From IMG/VR virus record IMGVR_UViG_3300028800_001532: DNA of 32,290 bases; one strand, written 5' to 3'. The translations under genes were made by a program, and so were the position numbers. Position 1 is the first letter of the stretch. Each line of letters opens with the position of its first letter. Shown here piece by piece: positions 1-8,353 of this stretch. This DNA is from a virus. The notes beneath the pieces were generated by a model. That model ran no database searches. It was not told the DNA's origin and saw nothing but the letters and a program-made list of their open reading frames with translations.

Positions 1-25
1 GGGATGCCCTTCTTGGGTTTGGTGC

Positions 26-298
26 TCAAGAGAGGCTCACGTTGGTTCGGTCGGGTTCCGTGTGGGAGGCGGCGCGGTGCTGCGCGATGGTGGCCTTGAG
101 GCGGACGACGGTCCAGTACGTGTACCGACCGTCGTAGGGGCTGGGCGACAGCTCCTGCATCTCTTCGTCGCAGTAGGGCGCGGGAGCGTGCTGGCAGCCA
201 GCGGGGCAACCCTTGTGGACCAGGGCGCGGCAGTCCTCGCACACGCACGAGCAAGGAGTGACATCGAAGCCCGGTCCCGATGTGGGGAGGTCCTTCAT
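26..298 (-). CDS. small Cys-rich hypothetical protein (about 90 aa). The start overlaps the upstream stop (ATGA).
   Basis: This is the C-terminal part of track ORF 26..763. GC3 in this frame is very high (about 85%). The start ATG at 296-298 overlaps the stop of ORF 295..861. The sequence carries paired CxxC-like cysteines. Confidence 0.45.
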   Translation of the reverse strand: MKDLPTSGPGFDVTPCSCVCEDCRALVHKGCPAGCQHAPAPYCDEEMQELSPSPYDGRYTYWTVVRLKATIAQHRAASHTEPDRTNVSLS

Positions 299-861
299 GC
301 GGCGGCTTTCTTGGCCTTGCGCTGTTCGGTCTTGCGTTCGGCTTCCAGCTTCTTGCTCGTCGCACGGACGCGGGCCTTGTGCTTCGCCTTGTTGGCTTTC
401 TTGCGGGTCTTCGGCATGGGAAGGGCGCTCCTTACCCCCTTTTCGGGGTACTTGAACACGGGAGGCCCGAGGATGCTGTCGATGTGTTGGTCCATCGCCG
501 TGATGGGGTCGGGCATCGTCTCGATCTCTCGGATGCGCCTGAAGAGAACCTTCCAGGCGCATCCCCTCTCGTGGTGGGGCTTGATAGCGTGGCAGTGCGT
601 GCAGCGATCTTCCCAGACGCCTGCACGCAGAGTGGTCTGGCCCCATTCGCCCTGCTGGTAGATGAGCTTCAGCAAGTCCAGGCCGAGGATGGCGACGCGG
701 CCCCTCGCCATCTTGATCGCGATGTCTTCGCTGTTGCCGTGGCCTGTGGCGCCCAACACACAAACATCGGACTCGACGCGCTCGTCACCCTCGATGCGGT
801 AGACGTCTCCCGCATTCTGGACCTGCCAGTTCTCGATGAGGATGCGCTTGAAGAGGTTCAT
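295..861 (-). CDS. hypothetical protein with a lysine-rich (KAKK, histone-H1-like) C-terminal tail
   Basis: Track ORF of 188 aa. The C-terminus reads PKTRKKANKAKHKARV...RKAKKAAA, which suggests nucleic-acid binding. I recognise no catalytic motif. Confidence 0.5.
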   Translation of the reverse strand: MNLFKRILIENWQVQNAGDVYRIEGDERVESDVCVLGATGHGNSEDIAIKMARGRVAILGLDLLKLIYQQGEWGQTTLRAGVWEDRCTHCHAIKPHHERGCAWKVLFRRIREIETMPDPITAMDQHIDSILGPPVFKYPEKGVRSALPMPKTRKKANKAKHKARVRATSKKLEAERKTEQRKAKKAAA

Positions 862-867
862 CGGTCG

Positions 868-1092
868 TTACCGGGTGGGGTTGTCGAGGACGTCTCGAAG
901 GAGAGGGGAGGGACGGACCTTCACGGTCGAGTGCATGCGTGCGGCCGCGCACGAGTAGGGTCCCGGCTTCAGGTTCGAGGGGGTCGGGCATCCTTCGACC
1001 TTCCACTGGCACTCGGCCAGGAAAGGGCACGGGTTGCCGGCAGGGATGCGGCCGCGCACCAGGCCGTTCGTGTCCATGGGGTCGAGGTCCAT
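868..1092 (-). CDS. small hypothetical protein (74 aa)
   Basis: Track ORF. Its start is preceded on the minus strand by GGTGTA-N10-ATG. Confidence 0.45.
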   Translation of the reverse strand: MDLDPMDTNGLVRGRIPAGNPCPFLAECQWKVEGCPTPSNLKPGPYSCAAARMHSTVKVRPSPLLRDVLDNPTR

Positions 1093-1135
1093 GTGGAACT
1101 AGTACACCGACCGGTGTAATAATGGGAGACATGAC
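1093..1135. promoter_or_regulatory. divergent promoter region with a GGTGTA element on each strand
   Basis: On the plus strand GGTGTA lies about 1113-1118 and is followed by ataatgggagac then ATG. On the minus strand TACACC lies about 1103-1108, which reads GGTGTA-ctagttccac-ATG toward the 868..1092 gene. Confidence 0.55.
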
Positions 1136-1186
1136 GTGCCTGGACTCGGCAGAGAATCGCCCCCACAACCCCGAGCGGGGCTAACG

Positions 1187-2212
1187 ATGGCCCGAACGGC
1201 GGCTAAGAACGCGGATCCCAAGAACTACTACGGGCTGCTCGAAGTGAGCCCGCGGGCGCGTGCTTCGATCATCAACTCGGCGTACCGCACCCTGGCCAAG
1301 GAAACGCACCCGGACAGCCCTGGGGGCGATCTGGCGCGGTTCAGGGCCATCACGGCGGCATACGACGTCCTCAGCAACGCCGACAAGCGGGCCGAGTACG
1401 ACACGGGATTGCGGCCGGGGGTCGGAACCGTCATCGGAAACTACGAGGTCGAGTCGGTCATTGCTGAAGGAGGCTTCGGCACGACGTACAAGGGCCGGCA
1501 CGTCATCACGGAGGAGCCTGTGTGCATCAAGCACTGCTCCGAGGTGTCGGTCATGCACGACGCGGTCTTGATTGCCGAGGCCAAGTCGATCTGGGACATG
1601 TGCCACTATGCGCTGCCCGCGATGCGGGACATGCAGCGGCTGGAGGACAACTCGCTGGCGCTCATCATGAGCTACATCCCGGGCCCGACGCTCGAACAGG
1701 TCGTCGAGAAGGCGGGCAAGCTCGAACCCGAGGACGTGGCGTGGATCACAGACCGGATCCTCAACGTGCTGCTCTACCTGCACCACCACGGGATCGTGCA
1801 CGGGGATCTCAAGCCACAGAACGTGATCGTGCAGCCGGACCAGCACAGCCTCGTGCTGGTGGACTTCGGTCTCACGCTGGTCAAGCCGACGTCCTCGACG
1901 AAGTCCATGGGGTACACGCCGTACTTCGCGCCCCCGGAGCAGATCGACGGCAACACGCTCTTGCCGGCCTCGGACTTCTACAGCCTGGGGATGATCATGA
2001 TCTACACTCTCTCGGGCGGGGACATGAAGGCGGTCGAGAAGCTCAAGGTGCCGACGACAGCGCCCGACGCCCTGTGCAGCTTCATCAAGAGGCTGATCGT
2101 CAAGGACGTGCTTGCGCGTCCGCAGGGTGACCTCTGGGAAGAGTTCCGCGAGGTGCGCAAGAAGGCGTTCGGTCGTGACCGCAGTGGTATGAAGCCCATC
2201 GCAGGGCTGTAG
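1187..2212 (+). CDS. DnaJ J-domain fused to a Ser/Thr protein kinase
   Basis: The N-terminus reads YYGLLEV...AYRTLAKETHPDSPGG...AAYDVLSNADKRAEYD, a J domain with an HPD motif. The kinase motifs are GGFGTTYKG, CIKH, HGDLKPQN, VDFGL and FAPPE. ATG 1187 is preferred over GTG 1136 because the first 17 codons from 1136 have low GC3. Confidence 0.8.
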   Translation: MARTAAKNADPKNYYGLLEVSPRARASIINSAYRTLAKETHPDSPGGDLARFRAITAAYDVLSNADKRAEYDTGLRPGVGTVIGNYEVESVIAEGGFGTTYKGRHVITEEPVCIKHCSEVSVMHDAVLIAEAKSIWDMCHYALPAMRDMQRLEDNSLALIMSYIPGPTLEQVVEKAGKLEPEDVAWITDRILNVLLYLHHHGIVHGDLKPQNVIVQPDQHSLVLVDFGLTLVKPTSSTKSMGYTPYFAPPEQIDGNTLLPASDFYSLGMIMIYTLSGGDMKAVEKLKVPTTAPDALCSFIKRLIVKDVLARPQGDLWEEFREVRKKAFGRDRSGMKPIAGL

Positions 2213-2223
2213 AGGAGATCATC

Positions 2224-3180
2224 ATGGCAGAGACAGCCGACTTCGATCCCGGGCCCTGGCGCGGCCACGACTTCAAGGATGCGCGCAAGGCGTACGACAA
2301 GCACGCTGGCCGCAGCTACTCGGAGGCGACCACCAAGGGGGTCGTCGCCAAGGACCTCGTGCCGAACGGTCTGACGACCGACAGCGAGAACCCGCTCGTC
2401 GTCCTATGCGACGTGACGGGCTCGATGGGCGAGTGGCCGGGCGTCATCTTCTCGAAGCTGCCGTACCTCGACATCGAGGGCAAGAGCTACCTCGGGCCCA
2501 CGATGGAGACCAGCTTCGGGGCCATCGGGGATGCGCACAAGGGCGACACGTACCCTCTCCAGGTGCGGCAGTTCGACAAGGGTCAGAAGCTCAGCGACCA
2601 CCTCAAGGCCCTCGTCATCGAGGGCAAGGGTGGCAACGACCACTGCGAGTCCTACGAGCTGGCCGCGCTCTACTACGCCCGCAAGGTGCAGATGCCCGCA
2701 GCAAAGGGCAAGCCCATCATGATCTTCATCGGCGACGAGGGTCTGCACGACTACGTCACCAAGGCCATGGCGGCAGACATCCATGTGCGGCTGACCGAGG
2801 CCCGCATCGACACGCCCGATATCTTCAAGGAGCTGACGCGCAAGTTCTCGGTCTACGTGGTGCGCAAGCCCTACGGCGACTCCTACGAGCGGATCATCCA
2901 CCAGCAGTGGGAGAAGCTCATCGGCGAGGACCATGTGCTGATGCTGCCCGGTGCGGACCGTGTGGTGGACGTCATCTTCGGCATCCTCGCGCACGAGACC
3001 GGCAAGGTGGACTACTTCCGCGAGGAGCTGGAAGGCCGTCAGAAGCCCGAGCAAGTGGCGACGGTCTACAAGTCGCTCCAGACCATCCACGCGCTGCCCC
3101 CGAAGACCCCCAAGAAGAAGGGCATGAGCGTCATGCACCTGCCTGAGGGCAAGAAGACCAAGGGTCTTCTCAACAAGTAG
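2224..3180 (+). CDS. von Willebrand factor A (vWA) domain protein
   Basis: A MIDAS-like motif LVVLCDVTGSMGEW is present. The Shine-Dalgarno site GAGGAG lies 6 nt upstream. The gene starts 11 nt after the kinase stop. Confidence 0.7.
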   Translation: MAETADFDPGPWRGHDFKDARKAYDKHAGRSYSEATTKGVVAKDLVPNGLTTDSENPLVVLCDVTGSMGEWPGVIFSKLPYLDIEGKSYLGPTMETSFGAIGDAHKGDTYPLQVRQFDKGQKLSDHLKALVIEGKGGNDHCESYELAALYYARKVQMPAAKGKPIMIFIGDEGLHDYVTKAMAADIHVRLTEARIDTPDIFKELTRKFSVYVVRKPYGDSYERIIHQQWEKLIGEDHVLMLPGADRVVDVIFGILAHETGKVDYFREELEGRQKPEQVATVYKSLQTIHALPPKTPKKKGMSVMHLPEGKKTKGLLNK

Positions 3181-3198
3181 CCGACACACGGAGCCGGA

Positions 3199-4050
3199 AT
3201 GAACATCATCCCCGTTTTCTTCACCCCCAAGATGGTGGCTGACTCGGAGTCAGCTTCACCCAGTGCTGCGAAGCCCTCGAAGGTCGTTGACTCGTGGCAG
3301 CGGAAGTTCCAGATCGCGGTCATCGAACCCGAACGGGTGACCATCGAGGAGTTCGCACGGGCGCACGATCGCCAGTTCGTGTTCGACATCCTCGGGGGTA
3401 AGAGGGCCAACGGCTTCGGCAACCACTCCCAAGCGGTTGCCGAGTCGCTGCCCTACACGTCGGGTTCGATGTTGTCGGCCGCTCGCCACGTGCTCAAGCA
3501 CGGGGGCGCGGCCGCAGCTCCGTGCTCGGGGTTTCACCACGCGGAGTACAGCAGCGCGATGGGGTACTGCACCTTCAACGGCCTGATGGTCACGGCGCTG
3601 GCCTTGAAGGAAGAGGGGCTCGCCAAGCGGGTTGGCATCCTCGACCTCGACATGCACTACGGCAACGGGACGGACAACATCATCGCCGCCCGCAAGGCGC
3701 ACGAGTGGGTCCAACACTTCACGGCCGGCGCCACCTTCATGTTCGAGAACCACGTGGAGGCGTTCTTCAAGCGACTGCCCGAGGAGCTGGACAAGATGAA
3801 GGACTGTGATGTCGTGCTCTACCAGGCAGGAGCCGACCCCCACATCGACGATCCCAACGGCGGCTGGCTCACGACCGAGGAGCTTCGCCAGCGTGACGCG
3901 GTGGTGTTCGATGCCCTCAAGGCGAGCAAGGTACCGGTCGCCTGGAACCTCGCGGGTGGTTACCAGATCGAGCCGGACGGCAGCATCCCCAAGGTGCTTG
4001 AGATCCACGACAACACCATGCGAGAATGCGTCAGAGCATTCGGTCAGTGA
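3199..4050 (+). CDS. histone-deacetylase / acetylpolyamine-amidohydrolase family (arginase-deacetylase fold) protein
   Basis: GFHHAEYSSAMGYCTFNG corresponds to the catalytic HH and the GFCYVND region. LDLDMHYGNG corresponds to DIDIHHGDG with its Asp and His Zn ligands. AGADPHIDDP supplies the third Zn Asp, and LAGGY corresponds to GGGGY with the catalytic Tyr. The gene starts 18 nt after the vWA stop. Confidence 0.8.
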   Translation: MNIIPVFFTPKMVADSESASPSAAKPSKVVDSWQRKFQIAVIEPERVTIEEFARAHDRQFVFDILGGKRANGFGNHSQAVAESLPYTSGSMLSAARHVLKHGGAAAAPCSGFHHAEYSSAMGYCTFNGLMVTALALKEEGLAKRVGILDLDMHYGNGTDNIIAARKAHEWVQHFTAGATFMFENHVEAFFKRLPEELDKMKDCDVVLYQAGADPHIDDPNGGWLTTEELRQRDAVVFDALKASKVPVAWNLAGGYQIEPDGSIPKVLEIHDNTMRECVRAFGQ

Positions 4051-4075
4051 CAATCGAGCCGCGCTCGGAGGTTAG

Positions 4076-4201
4076 GGTGTCGATTCAGCTTGCGAGGTGT
4101 GGTGAATTTGCACGGCCATCGTCGGCTGAAAGAACGCCGCTCGCAGATATCGGTGGACAGTTCGAGGTGGGATCCCTCGTCGCATCGCAGGCTGAATCGA
4201 C
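4076..4201. repeat. 13-16 bp inverted repeat (GTGTCGATTCAGC ... GCTGAATCGACAC) flanking about 100 nt of non-coding sequence
   Basis: The arms at about 4076-4088 and 4189-4201 are perfect reverse complements over 13 bp. They are AT-richer than their surroundings. A TGACGTGCGCGC motif follows at about 4207-4218. Confidence 0.5.
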
Positions 4202-4233
4202 ACTCTGACGTGCGCGCAATGAGGAGGCAGACG

Positions 4234-4410
4234 ATGGCGACGGAAGCTCCTGCGGACCACAAGCCCTACAGCACGGCACCGTGCGCGAAGTGTGGAGCGT
4301 TCAAGGTGCGCTGCTCACTCGAAGACGAGTCGGACGGATGCGGTACTTACTACGACATCAAGTGCGAGTCGTGCGGTCACTCCTACAGGACGGATGGGCC
4401 GGACGCGTGA
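4234..4410 (+). CDS. small zinc-ribbon protein (58 aa)
   Basis: The Shine-Dalgarno site AGGAGG lies 7 nt upstream. The sequence carries CAKCG ... CESCG, two CxxC pairs. Confidence 0.5.
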   Translation: MATEAPADHKPYSTAPCAKCGAFKVRCSLEDESDGCGTYYDIKCESCGHSYRTDGPDA

Positions 4411-4411
4411 A

Positions 4412-4439
4412 CTAACCGGCGCGTGACGTGCGCGCGATC
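4412..4439. repeat. copy 1 of a 28-nt intergenic element, actaaccggcgcgtgacgtgcgcgcgatc
   Basis: This copy is identical to the copy at 4721-4749. It shares its 22-nt core with the copy at 16915-16936. It sits right after a stop codon and about 35 nt before the next ATG. Confidence 0.7.
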
Positions 4440-4469
4440 GGGACCAGACCAAAGCAGGAGAGCGCGACG

Positions 4470-4736
4470 ATGAGTGAGAAGTTCACAATCGAGTACATCG
4501 AGGAGTTCTCGACCAAGGCGTGTACCAACGCGCACCACTGCGCCATGCTACGACAGCTTCTCGTAGAGCGGATCGCATTGATGGCGAAGATCGACGATGT
4601 GCGCAAGGAGGCGCTTCACGAGGCGGCCAACGTCTGCCACCAGCGGGCCAAGTCGTTCGCGAGCGTAGACATGGTGAAGACGTCCACATGCGACGCTGAC
4701 CGAGACGCGATTCTCGGTCTACTAACCGGCGCGTGA
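4470..4736 (+). CDS. small hypothetical protein (88 aa)
   Basis: The Shine-Dalgarno site GGAGAG lies upstream of ATG 4470. Its stop codon lies inside copy 2 of the repeat. Confidence 0.5.
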   Translation: MSEKFTIEYIEEFSTKACTNAHHCAMLRQLLVERIALMAKIDDVRKEALHEAANVCHQRAKSFASVDMVKTSTCDADRDAILGLLTGA

Positions 4737-4749
4737 CGTGCGCGCGATC
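4721..4749. repeat. copy 2 of the 28-nt intergenic element
   Basis: This copy is identical to the one at 4412-4439. It overlaps the stop codon of the 4470..4736 gene. Confidence 0.7.
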
Positions 4750-4779
4750 AAGAGCGGATCGACGGAGACGAGAGGAACG

Positions 4780-5103
4780 ATGACGAAGAAGCTCACGGCA
4801 ACTCAGCTCAAGGCACTCTCGGTGCTGGCCGATGGCAAGGAGCGACAGGTGTACGAGTGCGGGTCAACGAACACGGTGGAGTCGCTGGAGGCTCGCGACC
4901 TGATCGATTGGCGGCCGAGCGAACGCAAGCACTTTGGATCGTCGCCCGGCTACGCCCTCGTGAAGATCACCGAGGCGGGCCTCGTCGAACTGCGACGCGT
5001 GCCATGCACGGAGTGCGGGTACCCGCTCCTGTCGAACGGACACTTCGCCGCATGTGGTGCGCCGGCAGGTTCACTAGCTGGCGCCGTGCCGGTGCCCCAA
5101 TAA
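4780..5103 (+). CDS. small hypothetical protein (107 aa), possibly DNA-binding
   Basis: The Shine-Dalgarno site GAGAGGAA lies upstream of ATG 4780. The reading frame is in-frame with track ORF 4738..5103. Confidence 0.5.
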   Translation: MTKKLTATQLKALSVLADGKERQVYECGSTNTVESLEARDLIDWRPSERKHFGSSPGYALVKITEAGLVELRRVPCTECGYPLLSNGHFAACGAPAGSLAGAVPVPQ

Positions 5104-5255
5104 TCGTGCGCGCGATCGGAGGCAAGTAGCACATGTGGATTCCGGTCAGGTGGGTGCGAAACGAGATGTGGACGCCGAACAGCGCCGCGTTGCGGGAATG
5201 GATTCCGATCGAGTGGGAGTGGTGGGACCGCGCGTGAACAGATGGAGGTTTTCCC

Positions 5256-6203
5256 GTGGACATGATGGTAACGCTCTGGCCGAGCTTTCCGCACTTTGAC
5301 ACGTTCGTGCACCACCGTCGCATCAGTGGCATCCGCCTGAACAGCGCGATGATGAGCAACCCCGAGCTGGACAAGGAGTTGGAGAAGATCACATCTCTGC
5401 CCAAAGACAGTCGTCTACCCAGAACAGGCACGGTGCCGCTCCTCTTCGACATCAAAGGACGTCAGCCTCGCATCATCGAGGTGCTGCCTAACGACGAGAA
5501 CCTCGAACTGCGCCTCAACCATCCCATCACAGTCAAGACCCCGTGCCCTGTGTTGTTCAAGGCGGGGGAGGACAGCGCTCTGCTCGATCACCTGGAGGAG
5601 GACGGTCAGCGGCTCGTCTTCCGGGGTGGGCCCCACTACAGGGTCAAGGCGGGGGAGTCGTTGTACCTTAGGGATCCGTCGTTCCAGATCCGAGGGGACC
5701 TCTTCACGCCCGAAGAGGTCACAAAGATGCAGAAGTGCGTGAAGGCGGGCTTCAAGAGCTGGTTTCTCTCGTACGTCGAGGAGGAGCGCGACGTGGAGCT
5801 GTTCCTCGAACACGTCGGCAGGGACGCAGAGGTCTACCTCAAGATCGAGAGCATGAAGGGCCTCGACTTCGTGAACCGGTTTCCCGCGCTCCAGAAGCGG
5901 CACTCCGGCCTCTCGCTCGTGGCCGCGCGAGGAGACCTCTACGTGGAGATCGACCGCCCACACAACATCGCCAAGGCGTTGCAGCACATCATCGACCACG
6001 ACATGGGCGCAGTCGTGGCCTCACGCCTGCTACTCTCGACGTCAGAGGGACCGGTGCCCTCGTGCGCCGACTTCCTGGAGCTGCAATGGCTGTGGGAAGC
6101 TGGCTACCACCGCTACATGCTTTGCGATGAGCTGTGCCTTCGAGAGGACAAGCTCTCGTCAGCCCTTCAAGCGTTCGACGAATTCCGGAGCAGCTTGCCT
6201 TAG
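5256..6203 (+). CDS. pyruvate-kinase-like / PEP-utilising TIM-barrel (HpcH-aldolase-like) protein
   Basis: KIESMKGLDFVNRF resembles the pyruvate kinase KIENQEG motif. LVAARGDLYVEI resembles MVARGDLGVEI. Unlike pyruvate kinase, no separate nucleotide-binding or C-terminal regulatory domain is apparent. The Shine-Dalgarno site GGAGG lies 8 nt upstream. Confidence 0.55.
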   Translation: MDMMVTLWPSFPHFDTFVHHRRISGIRLNSAMMSNPELDKELEKITSLPKDSRLPRTGTVPLLFDIKGRQPRIIEVLPNDENLELRLNHPITVKTPCPVLFKAGEDSALLDHLEEDGQRLVFRGGPHYRVKAGESLYLRDPSFQIRGDLFTPEEVTKMQKCVKAGFKSWFLSYVEEERDVELFLEHVGRDAEVYLKIESMKGLDFVNRFPALQKRHSGLSLVAARGDLYVEIDRPHNIAKALQHIIDHDMGAVVASRLLLSTSEGPVPSCADFLELQWLWEAGYHRYMLCDELCLREDKLSSALQAFDEFRSSLP

Positions 6204-6395
6204 AGGTCGAGGACCGCGATGCCGAGGCTCGCGAAGTAGTCGTCGCTCTCCTGCTGCTTTCGATTGGGGGTCACATCCAAGACGGCCAGGGTGGGCTGCA
6301 CCTCTGGGGCACGGGGTTCGTTGGTGGTTGTGGGGTGATCCAACGGCTTGTCGCCGGTGGGATCGCACAGAACGTCCAGGATGATGTCGTCCATA
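6200..6395 (-). CDS. possible small acidic protein (65 aa)
   Basis: This is the C-terminal part of track ORF 6200..6535. GC3 in this frame is very high (about 85%). It diverges from the 6420 gene across only about 24 nt, so the call is uncertain. Confidence 0.3.
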
Positions 6396-6419
6396 CCCCA
6401 GACGGTGTACAAAAAGAGC

Positions 6420-6785
6420 ATGGCATCACCCGCACCCACACCGATCCCTCTGGATGAGACGATCGAAGCCGTCGTGAAGGTCTTCGCTGAGTCGGGTTTG
6501 GCCGGCAAGGCGCAGATCTGGAAGGCCCAGGACATCTCGGACTACGGTGGCATCCACTTCGTTCTTGACGCAACGCAGCCACGCGATGGGGACGAGCCGG
6601 AGCACATCGTCATGACGGTGATGAACAGCCCCGGCGGCCGCTGGAATCTGCATGGGGACGTAGCGGGAGAAGAGACTGGACGGATCATGCACCTGGAGCC
6701 GGTGCGTTCAACCAACCCCGAGGACGGGAAGGTCTTGGCCGAGAACCTCGTGGCCTGGTGGAAAGCGAAGCTCCCTGCGGTGTAG
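6420..6785 (+). CDS. hypothetical protein (121 aa)
   Basis: GGTGTA lies at about 6404-6409, with N10 before ATG 6420. The reading frame is in-frame with track ORF 6348..6785. Confidence 0.5.
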   Translation: MASPAPTPIPLDETIEAVVKVFAESGLAGKAQIWKAQDISDYGGIHFVLDATQPRDGDEPEHIVMTVMNSPGGRWNLHGDVAGEETGRIMHLEPVRSTNPEDGKVLAENLVAWWKAKLPAV

Positions 6786-6793
6786 GGAGGGGC

Positions 6794-7408
6794 ATGTTCC
6801 ACACGAAGCTGAACGGTCTCTTCCTTCGGGACGACAGTACGGTCCACGACAAGCCCCGGGACAAGACGTTCTACACATTGGCCGAGGACACCATCTTCGC
6901 CGTGCAGCAGCCCCGCAGGGCCATCGTACCCATGCAAGAGTTTCTTGGGAGCGTCGAATACATCGACGCAGCCGTACAGGAGCGCTTGTGCTGCCTTCTG
7001 GGGGCAGAGGCGGCTGCTGTTCTCGATCGCACCCCGGCTTTGATGTTCGACAATGTGGTACAGTACATGAAGATACGGTTGCGCGACGTGGGAGGTCTTG
7101 CGGCCATCGTGGGTAACCGGGCAGTCCTCGAAGCACTCGATGGCGTTTCGGACGTTCCGCTCTACCTTGCGCCCGTGCGGATGCATGCGAGCATCGCATT
7201 CGGCCTACCACTTCCGGAACACACAGGGCGTATCGTGCAGACGGACGAGAAGAGCTGGTCTCCGCTACACGTGACGAGGAGGCTGGGTCTAGTGTCTTTC
7301 GGTGTGTCGGTACCGGTTCAGATTTACGGCGTGTCCGATGTGGCGGACAAGAGCGTCCCTGAGAATCCTCGTCCAGCTCAGAGCGAAGCTCTACTCAAGA
7401 CGGCCTGA
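6794..7408 (+). CDS. hypothetical protein (204 aa)
   Basis: The Shine-Dalgarno site GGGAGGGG lies upstream of ATG 6794, which is internal to track ORF 6758..7408. Confidence 0.5.
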   Translation: MFHTKLNGLFLRDDSTVHDKPRDKTFYTLAEDTIFAVQQPRRAIVPMQEFLGSVEYIDAAVQERLCCLLGAEAAAVLDRTPALMFDNVVQYMKIRLRDVGGLAAIVGNRAVLEALDGVSDVPLYLAPVRMHASIAFGLPLPEHTGRIVQTDEKSWSPLHVTRRLGLVSFGVSVPVQIYGVSDVADKSVPENPRPAQSEALLKTA

Positions 7409-7409
7409 C

Positions 7410-7712
7410 GTGAGCCTCTTCGCCACCAACCTCCCGCTCATCCGCAAGATTGTCGAGCAGCTCTGGCGAGAGATCACACGCCAGGCGGGCGATGCCTCGA
7501 TGCTCAACATCGAGCGGGCACGCGTCGAGGTAACGATCAAGGTCATCCCCGTGCGCAAGATGCCAGAGCACTTCATCCCTCCGGCCGTGGACATCAAGTA
7601 CCTGCGAGCCAACACCGCAGCGCGCCTCTACAAGAACAAGCCGCCCAGAATGGGGGGACCCAGGGGCAAGGTCGAGACCCTCTGGAAGCGCCTCATGGGC
7701 GCTGACGACTAG
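7410..7712 (+). CDS. hypothetical protein (about 100 aa)
   Basis: A GTG start at 7410 sits immediately after the previous stop, in the frame of track ORF 7302..7712. The gene is convergent with 7709..8353. Confidence 0.4.
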   Translation: MSLFATNLPLIRKIVEQLWREITRQAGDASMLNIERARVEVTIKVIPVRKMPEHFIPPAVDIKYLRANTAARLYKNKPPRMGGPRGKVETLWKRLMGADD

Positions 7713-8353
7713 GGCTTCTTCCAGGGCTCGTAGCCGTCCACGAACTCAAGGTAGGGGTCGTGGACGTCAACGGAGCTGTATCCCGGCTTCCAGACCGTGC
7801 CTGTGTTGTTGCCCTGCGGGTCCACGTAGTGGCTGTAGCCCGTATGGAACATCCAGGTCGGGACGGGCACACGTGGGTGCTTGGAACCGAAATCGATGAA
7901 CACCCAAGCCCGGTTGTGCTCGATGACAGTTCCCTTGAGGCCCGGTTCGACATGCGTGTAGGTGGCCGCCGTTGAACCGGGAACCTGCTTGCGGTTGTAC
8001 TGGATGCCCGTCTTACGCACGTGCACTTCGCGACCGACGCTGATCTTGAAGCCATCGTCGATCCTGATGACCTCTGCCCAGCGGACCGACGCCGCATCGA
8101 TGTTCTTGTACAGGTCTGCGATGGCGGCCTCGCGTGAGTCCCCCTCACCGTAGATGGAGTTCGTGTGGTCTCGATCCTCATACTGCCCGACCGGGTAATC
8201 GTCAGCAGGGCCGATGCGAGCATCAACCAGGACCTTGTACTCCGAGACGTTCACACCTCGGACAGCTTCCTCGACCTTGATGTATTCGAGCACACGCCGA
8301 AGCGGTTTTATGTAGTCGCGCAGCTGAGCCCGAACTTGCATGAGGTCAGTCAT
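7709..8353 (-). CDS. hypothetical protein (214 aa)
   Basis: Track ORF. Its start overlaps the upstream stop by 4 nt (ATGA). Confidence 0.55.
   Translation of the reverse strand: MTDLMQVRAQLRDYIKPLRRVLEYIKVEEAVRGVNVSEYKVLVDARIGPADDYPVGQYEDRDHTNSIYGEGDSREAAIADLYKNIDAASVRWAEVIRIDDGFKISVGREVHVRKTGIQYNRKQVPGSTAATYTHVEPGLKGTVIEHNRAWVFIDFGSKHPRVPVPTWMFHTGYSHYVDPQGNNTGTVWKPGYSSVDVHDPYLEFVDGYEPWKKP

Noticed and set aside
1136-1186. GTG 1136 as the kinase start
   Set aside because: The first 17 codons have low GC3, unlike the rest of the gene. The J-domain homology begins just after ATG 1187.
5133-5264. A 43-codon Trp-rich mini-ORF (MWIPVRWV...EWIPIEWE) between 5103 and the PK-like gene, preceded by a TGCGCGC element
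   Set aside because: GC3 is coding-like and it has an internal repeat, but it is very short and runs into the start of the downstream gene. Line-based counting in this region disagreed by 1 nt with the ORF track. It is therefore not called as a feature.
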